Origin: an uncultured virus (IMG/VR IMGVR_UViG_3300009785_000024)
Lineage: Duplodnaviria > Heunggongvirae > Uroviricota > Caudoviricetes
Direction: 5' to 3' (one strand)
Length of the DNA: 20,000 bases
IMG/VR virus record: IMGVR_UViG_3300009785_000024
Positions 17,136-20,000 of the stretch are shown one piece after another (positions within the stretch are counted from its first letter, which is position 1; every line of letters starts with the position of its first letter). A model generated the notes under the pieces. The model did no database searches, was not told the origin of the DNA, and was given only the letters and a program-made list of their open reading frames with translations. The translations under genes were made by a program, and so were the position numbers.

Positions 17136-17495
17136 ATGACTATGATTACTAAAACTGCCGAAACACTACAAGACGGTATTAAGAATATGATGGCTGCTGC
17201 CAAAGAAGACTACAGCGGTTGGTCAACAAAAGGAGACGGTATGTCTTCTTGGGCTCAACAACAGCTTGATGAGTGGGATTCTAAAATTAAAGTTAAAGAA
17301 GGACCTAAGTACATTAAAATTGTACGAGAAAATTCTGTCTTTGCTTTTATCTGTAAAACAGATTTTAAACATTTTAAAAAAGGTGATGTATTGAAACCTG
17401 CCGGTTATAATGCACCTGCTTTAAATCAACCTAGAGGAAATGTCCTAGAGGGTAATTACCCAATCAGATGGACTGGTCCTTTATACTTAAAATAA
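17136..17495 (+). CDS. Conserved phage early hypothetical protein (119 aa)
   Basis: G.KYIKIV...SVFAFI.......KGDVLKPAGYNAPA...RGNV...WTGPLYL pattern, familiar from uncharacterised early proteins of marine myoviruses; good SD and its own promoter. Confidence 0.85.
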   Translation: MTMITKTAETLQDGIKNMMAAAKEDYSGWSTKGDGMSSWAQQQLDEWDSKIKVKEGPKYIKIVRENSVFAFICKTDFKHFKKGDVLKPAGYNAPALNQPRGNVLEGNYPIRWTGPLYLK

Positions 17496-17515
17496 ACCAA
17501 ACGGGAGACTATATT

Positions 17516-17794
17516 ATGAAAACTTTGAAATTTAACGATATGAATTTAATACTTGAATGGATACGAGAACCTTCTCACAAAGAACATCTATTCATCTTGG
17601 AAGCTGCGATTGCGAAAGCAAATCAAACTTCTTTAGACCAATTTAGTGTTGGTACTAAAGTTGTGTTTGGTCGTCCTAAAGGTGCAAAGCACTTTGGTGT
17701 GATTGTTAAATGCAATCCGAAGAAAGCAGTTGTTATGGAAGAAGGTCGTGGTAAATGGACCGTGCCTTACTCTTTAATGAAACTTGCCGCTTAA
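17516..17794 (+). CDS. Hypothetical protein (92 aa) with SH3/KOW-like C-terminal beta-barrel
   Basis: Start reassigned to ATG 17516 after SD GGGAGA. FSVGTKVVF....GVIVKCNPKKAVV.....KWTVPYSLMK pattern suggests an SH3-like fold. Confidence 0.75.
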   Translation: MKTLKFNDMNLILEWIREPSHKEHLFILEAAIAKANQTSLDQFSVGTKVVFGRPKGAKHFGVIVKCNPKKAVVMEEGRGKWTVPYSLMKLAA

Positions 17795-17795
17795 C

Positions 17796-18089
17796 TTATG
17801 CAAATGGTGTGTAACCTTGTTCAGCAGCTGTAGTATCATCTTCTGATATTATATTCAAAACTTCTGGACAATAATGTTTCATCATACTTTCAACTCCCTG
17901 TTTGAGAGTTAGTTGAGACATTGCACACCCAGCACAACTACCTGCCATTAATAACTTTAATGTGCCATCTTCATCAAACGAAATATACTCAATCTTACCA
18001 TTGTGAGCTGCAACACTAGGTGCTACTTTATCTGCTAGATGAAACTTAATTTTTCTAATTGTTTCTTCGTGTTCTTCTTTCGTAATCAT
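17796..18089 (-). CDS. nifU: NifU C-terminal domain (Nfu-type) Fe-S cluster carrier, stand-alone single domain
   Basis: Start reassigned to ATG 18089 (SD AGGA). KVAPSVAAHNGKIEYISF..GTLKLLMAGSCAGCAMSQLTLKQGVESMMKHYCPEV carries the Nfu G-S-C-x-x-C motif. Confidence 0.9.
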   Translation of the reverse strand: MITKEEHEETIRKIKFHLADKVAPSVAAHNGKIEYISFDEDGTLKLLMAGSCAGCAMSQLTLKQGVESMMKHYCPEVLNIISEDDTTAAEQGYTPFA

Positions 18090-18165
18090 AAAAACTTTCC
18101 TATAAATTTTAATAACCTGTTTAGTAATGCAAGACACACAAGACCAATTGTTTTTAAAGTTTCTT

Positions 18166-18963
18166 TCACTCTGTTGGGTCCTTCATTATCATGTTTGGTA
18201 TATTATCATCTTGTAAATCTAATTTAACAGGATTGACATTTTGTTTTTGTACATTTTGTTCTAGTACATAGTTACCACTTATACTAATTCTTTCAAAGTC
18301 TTTCCAATATGAACCAACCATATGTTCTAATGCAGCTGGGAAAACTAACATCAAACCTTTATATGGTTTAAGACCAAAACTATTCATTTGTAATTGAGAT
18401 ATCTTTTCGCCATAATGAAATACTATTTGACCAGCACTATTAGCGTTAGTCACAGGCACACCTTCTGTAAAGATGTCTTCATCTATATCACCAAAGATAA
18501 CAAAACTAAAAAGACCTGTATGGTCATGTAATGGATTATAATCACCTGCTTGTTGGAAGTTAATCCACAATTGTTGTAATCGTAATGCACCCATGCCACC
18601 AGATTGTCCCATCATCATATTTGATATGTTAGGCCAACCTTCGCCATAGTTAGATTGTAGTATCTCAAAAAATTCAAATACTTTTTGTACTATTGCTTGG
18701 TCTGCTTGATTTCTGATTTTGTTGTTACCGTTATTAAACGGATAAAGAATACTTGTGCCTTGTTTCATGTTGCCAGCAAGTTGGTCTCTGTGGTCTAGTT
18801 TTTTATCGTCTCTTGTACGCTGACCTTCTTCAATCAACATATCAACAATCTTCTCGTCTAGTTCACAACGATAGACTGGTGGACCAAATGGATATAAGAC
18901 CTCGCCATTAATAGACGGATGAACCATTTGTGGTAGTACGGTGTTTTCTCTATGTTTAGTCAT
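18166..18963 (-). CDS. Putative 2OG-Fe(II) oxygenase (phage TIGR02466 / 2OG-FeII_Oxy_5-like)
   Basis: 265 aa. WINFQQAGDYNPLHDHTG.FSFVIF; G.M.VFPA.LEH.V; ERISISGN: double-stranded beta-helix with HxH...H iron ligands and an R-x-S 2OG-binding motif. Confidence 0.85.
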   Translation of the reverse strand: MTKHRENTVLPQMVHPSINGEVLYPFGPPVYRCELDEKIVDMLIEEGQRTRDDKKLDHRDQLAGNMKQGTSILYPFNNGNNKIRNQADQAIVQKVFEFFEILQSNYGEGWPNISNMMMGQSGGMGALRLQQLWINFQQAGDYNPLHDHTGLFSFVIFGDIDEDIFTEGVPVTNANSAGQIVFHYGEKISQLQMNSFGLKPYKGLMLVFPAALEHMVGSYWKDFERISISGNYVLEQNVQKQNVNPVKLDLQDDNIPNMIMKDPTE

Positions 18964-18992
18964 TATCTAATTCTCTTTTCTTTAACACACTT

Positions 18993-19021
18993 ATTATAAC
19001 AAAGAATTAATCTAGTGTCAA
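18993..19021 (-). promoter_or_regulatory. Perfect sigma70 promoter with extended -10 for oxygenase-nifU
   Basis: Minus strand: TTGACA (19021-19016), 17-nt spacer ending TGT, TATAAT (18998-18993); 30 nt upstream of ATG 18963. The -35 lies in the last codons of the upstream ORF. Confidence 0.85.
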
Positions 19022-19252
19022 TATGCTGTGTTCTTTTAATGTGTCTAAAAGAAACTTGTTTTTAATTTGTAAAACAAGATTTTGTTTTTCTAATATTGCT
19101 ATCTTCTTATCTAAATCGTTAGGTCCTCGTTCATCATCTAATATCATTTGTAGTTGTTTCTTTAATAATTCCATTTGATACTGATAATCTTTATTCATAG
19201 GAACACGATTATAATAAAGCTCGTCTTCTGCTTTCAGTCTGTCTACATTCAT
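19007..19252 (-). CDS. Hypothetical coiled-coil protein (81 aa)
   Basis: Start reassigned to ATG 19252, 1 nt after the iscA stop, with SD GGAG in the iscA 3' end; heptad LDKKIAILEKQNLVLQIKNKFL. Confidence 0.7.
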   Translation of the reverse strand: MNVDRLKAEDELYYNRVPMNKDYQYQMELLKKQLQMILDDERGPNDLDKKIAILEKQNLVLQIKNKFLLDTLKEHSILTLD

Positions 19253-19253
19253 T

Positions 19254-19580
19254 TTATACTCCAAAACTTTCACCACAACCACAACTTGATGTTGCGTTGG
19301 GATTTTTTAATTCTAAAAATGACCCAAATATCTCTTTTCGATATTCTATGGTCATGCCACTTAAATAGAGTAAGTTAGATTTTGCAACAAGTAGTTTAAA
19401 GTTATCCTCTTCAAAGACGGTATCGTCTTCATCTGGAGAGTCTTCAAACTTCCAATCGTATTTAAAACCTGCACAACCACCACCTTTAACTTCTAAACGA
19501 ACATAATCTTTATTATGTGAAGAAGTCAATTCAGCAAGATGTGCTTTTGCGTTGTCTGTTAAATTAATTAAATTACTCAT
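19254..19580 (-). CDS. iscA: A-type Fe-S cluster carrier, IscA/HesB/ErpA family
   Basis: 108 aa. I.LTDNA..H; VRLEVKGGGCAGFKY; YL.GMTIEY....GS.....NPNATSSCGCGESF with all three conserved Cys. Confidence 0.95.
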   Translation of the reverse strand: MSNLINLTDNAKAHLAELTSSHNKDYVRLEVKGGGCAGFKYDWKFEDSPDEDDTVFEEDNFKLLVAKSNLLYLSGMTIEYRKEIFGSFLELKNPNATSSCGCGESFGV

Positions 19581-19585
19581 ACTAC

Positions 19586-19592
19586 TATTTAG
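19586..19592 (-). promoter_or_regulatory. Late promoter variant CTAAATA, 5 nt before the iscA ATG (probable leaderless mRNA)
   Basis: Minus strand reads CCTAAATA-GTAGT-ATG; no SD at normal spacing. Confidence 0.55.
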
Positions 19593-19612
19593 GGGAGACT
19601 TAACGCCTCCCC
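19592..19612 (-). terminator. GC-rich hairpin between the 64-aa ORF and iscA (terminator-like or 3'-stabilising)
   Basis: GGGGAGGC-GTTAA-GTCTCCCC: 8-bp stem with one G-U in an AT-rich context. There is no canonical U-tract after it. Confidence 0.5.
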
Positions 19613-19629
19613 AAAACTAGATTTTGCTA

Positions 19630-19824
19630 TCAAATCTTATTGTTTGATTTTACGATTTTATGTCCAAGTACTTTGCCTTTGTTCACACCATTGGAAATAG
19701 TGTAACCAGAAGTACCGTTACCATTTATATCCACTTCTTTACGAGAAGCACAAAGCGCTTTTTCCTTACGCTCTATTTCTTTCTTCTTGCTATAAGTGGA
19801 GAGTAAATAAGTATGTCTGTTCAT
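19630..19824 (-). CDS. Small basic protein (64 aa) under glutamine-riboswitch control; function unknown
   Basis: Strong SD GAGGAGGG (19836-19829), ATG 19824; Lys/Arg-rich; directly downstream of the riboswitch. Confidence 0.85.
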   Translation of the reverse strand: MNRHTYLLSTYSKKKEIERKEKALCASRKEVDINGNGTSGYTISNGVNKGKVLGHKIVKSNNKI

Positions 19825-19847
19825 AACACCCTCCTCTATTAAAGTTA

Positions 19848-19902
19848 GGTGCGTTCCTTCAGGCGATTGCCTTACTTCCGACCATTGTCTGGTTGAACGA
19901 AT
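19848..19902 (-). ncRNA. Glutamine riboswitch (glnA RNA motif / glutamine-I class)
   Basis: Minus strand: AUU-CGUUC-A-ACCA-GACAA-UGGU-CGGAAGUAA-GGC-AAUC-GCC-UGAAG-GAACG-CACC. Three-way junction with P1 CGUUC/GAACG, P2 ACCA/UGGU, P3 GGC/GCC and the GGAAGUA.../...GAAG E-loop junction characteristic of the glnA motif. Confidence 0.9.
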
Positions 19903-19907
19903 AGTAA

Positions 19908-19915
19908 TATTTATA
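19908..19915 (-). promoter_or_regulatory. T4-type late promoter (TATAAATA) directly upstream of the riboswitch
   Basis: Exact TATAAATA on the minus strand; predicted start near 19902, which would make the aptamer the extreme 5' end of the transcript. Confidence 0.8.
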
Positions 19916-20000
19916 CAAGAGACTTACATAAAACTAAACAAAGAGATATCATAGAGTATTCGCCCCTATAACTTCGATACAAAGAGTCGCCCTCTCCCTA

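Noticed and set aside
16901..19282. ORF-track starts at 16901, 16937, 17468, 18137 and 19282
   Set aside because: These longest-ORF starts overlap promoters or neighbouring genes; downstream ATGs (16958, 16874, 17516, 18089, 19252) fit better, and all but 16874 have a clear SD.
18039..19378. Plus-strand ORFs 18039-18227 and 19175-19378
   Set aside because: Antisense to nifU/oxygenase and iscA/coiled-coil genes; no supporting signals.
1..20000. CRISPR array, tRNA genes, diversity-generating retroelement, introns/inteins, recoded stop codons
   Set aside because: By eye I found no regularly spaced repeats, cloverleaf, reverse transcriptase, adenine-variable repeat pair, homing endonuclease or intein motifs. 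Genes are full length in the standard code. tRNAscan-SE and Infernal were not run.

Overview
AT-rich segment of a large T4-like (myovirus) phage genome. By inference it is a marine phage of the pelagimyophage/cyanomyophage group; the host is not provable from this window. Positions 1-16650 are a minus-strand late structural cluster. In transcription order it holds a small basic protein, a hypothetical, PAAR (gp5.4-like), gp25, a hypothetical, gp6, a gp7-like wedge protein, a gp9/gp10-type protein with a C-terminal cupredoxin-like domain, gp8, a 2033-aa VrlC/DUF4815-type structural protein, a small conserved protein and a tail-fibre-like protein with a C-terminal chaperone/autocleavage domain. 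Several of these genes follow T4 late promoters (TATAAATA). Positions 16890-17794 are a plus-strand island of three small genes driven by two homologous sigma70 promoter-RBS cassettes. Positions 17796-19915 are a minus-strand accessory module: NifU-C/Nfu Fe-S carrier, 2OG-Fe(II) oxygenase, coiled-coil protein, IscA/HesB Fe-S carrier and a 64-aa basic peptide. The standout signal is a well-formed glutamine (glnA-type) riboswitch at about 19848-19902 (minus strand), between a T4 late promoter and the RBS of the 64-aa peptide. It suggests a phage-encoded, glutamine-sensing switch controlling a possible nitrogen-metabolism regulator, next to Fe-S biogenesis genes.
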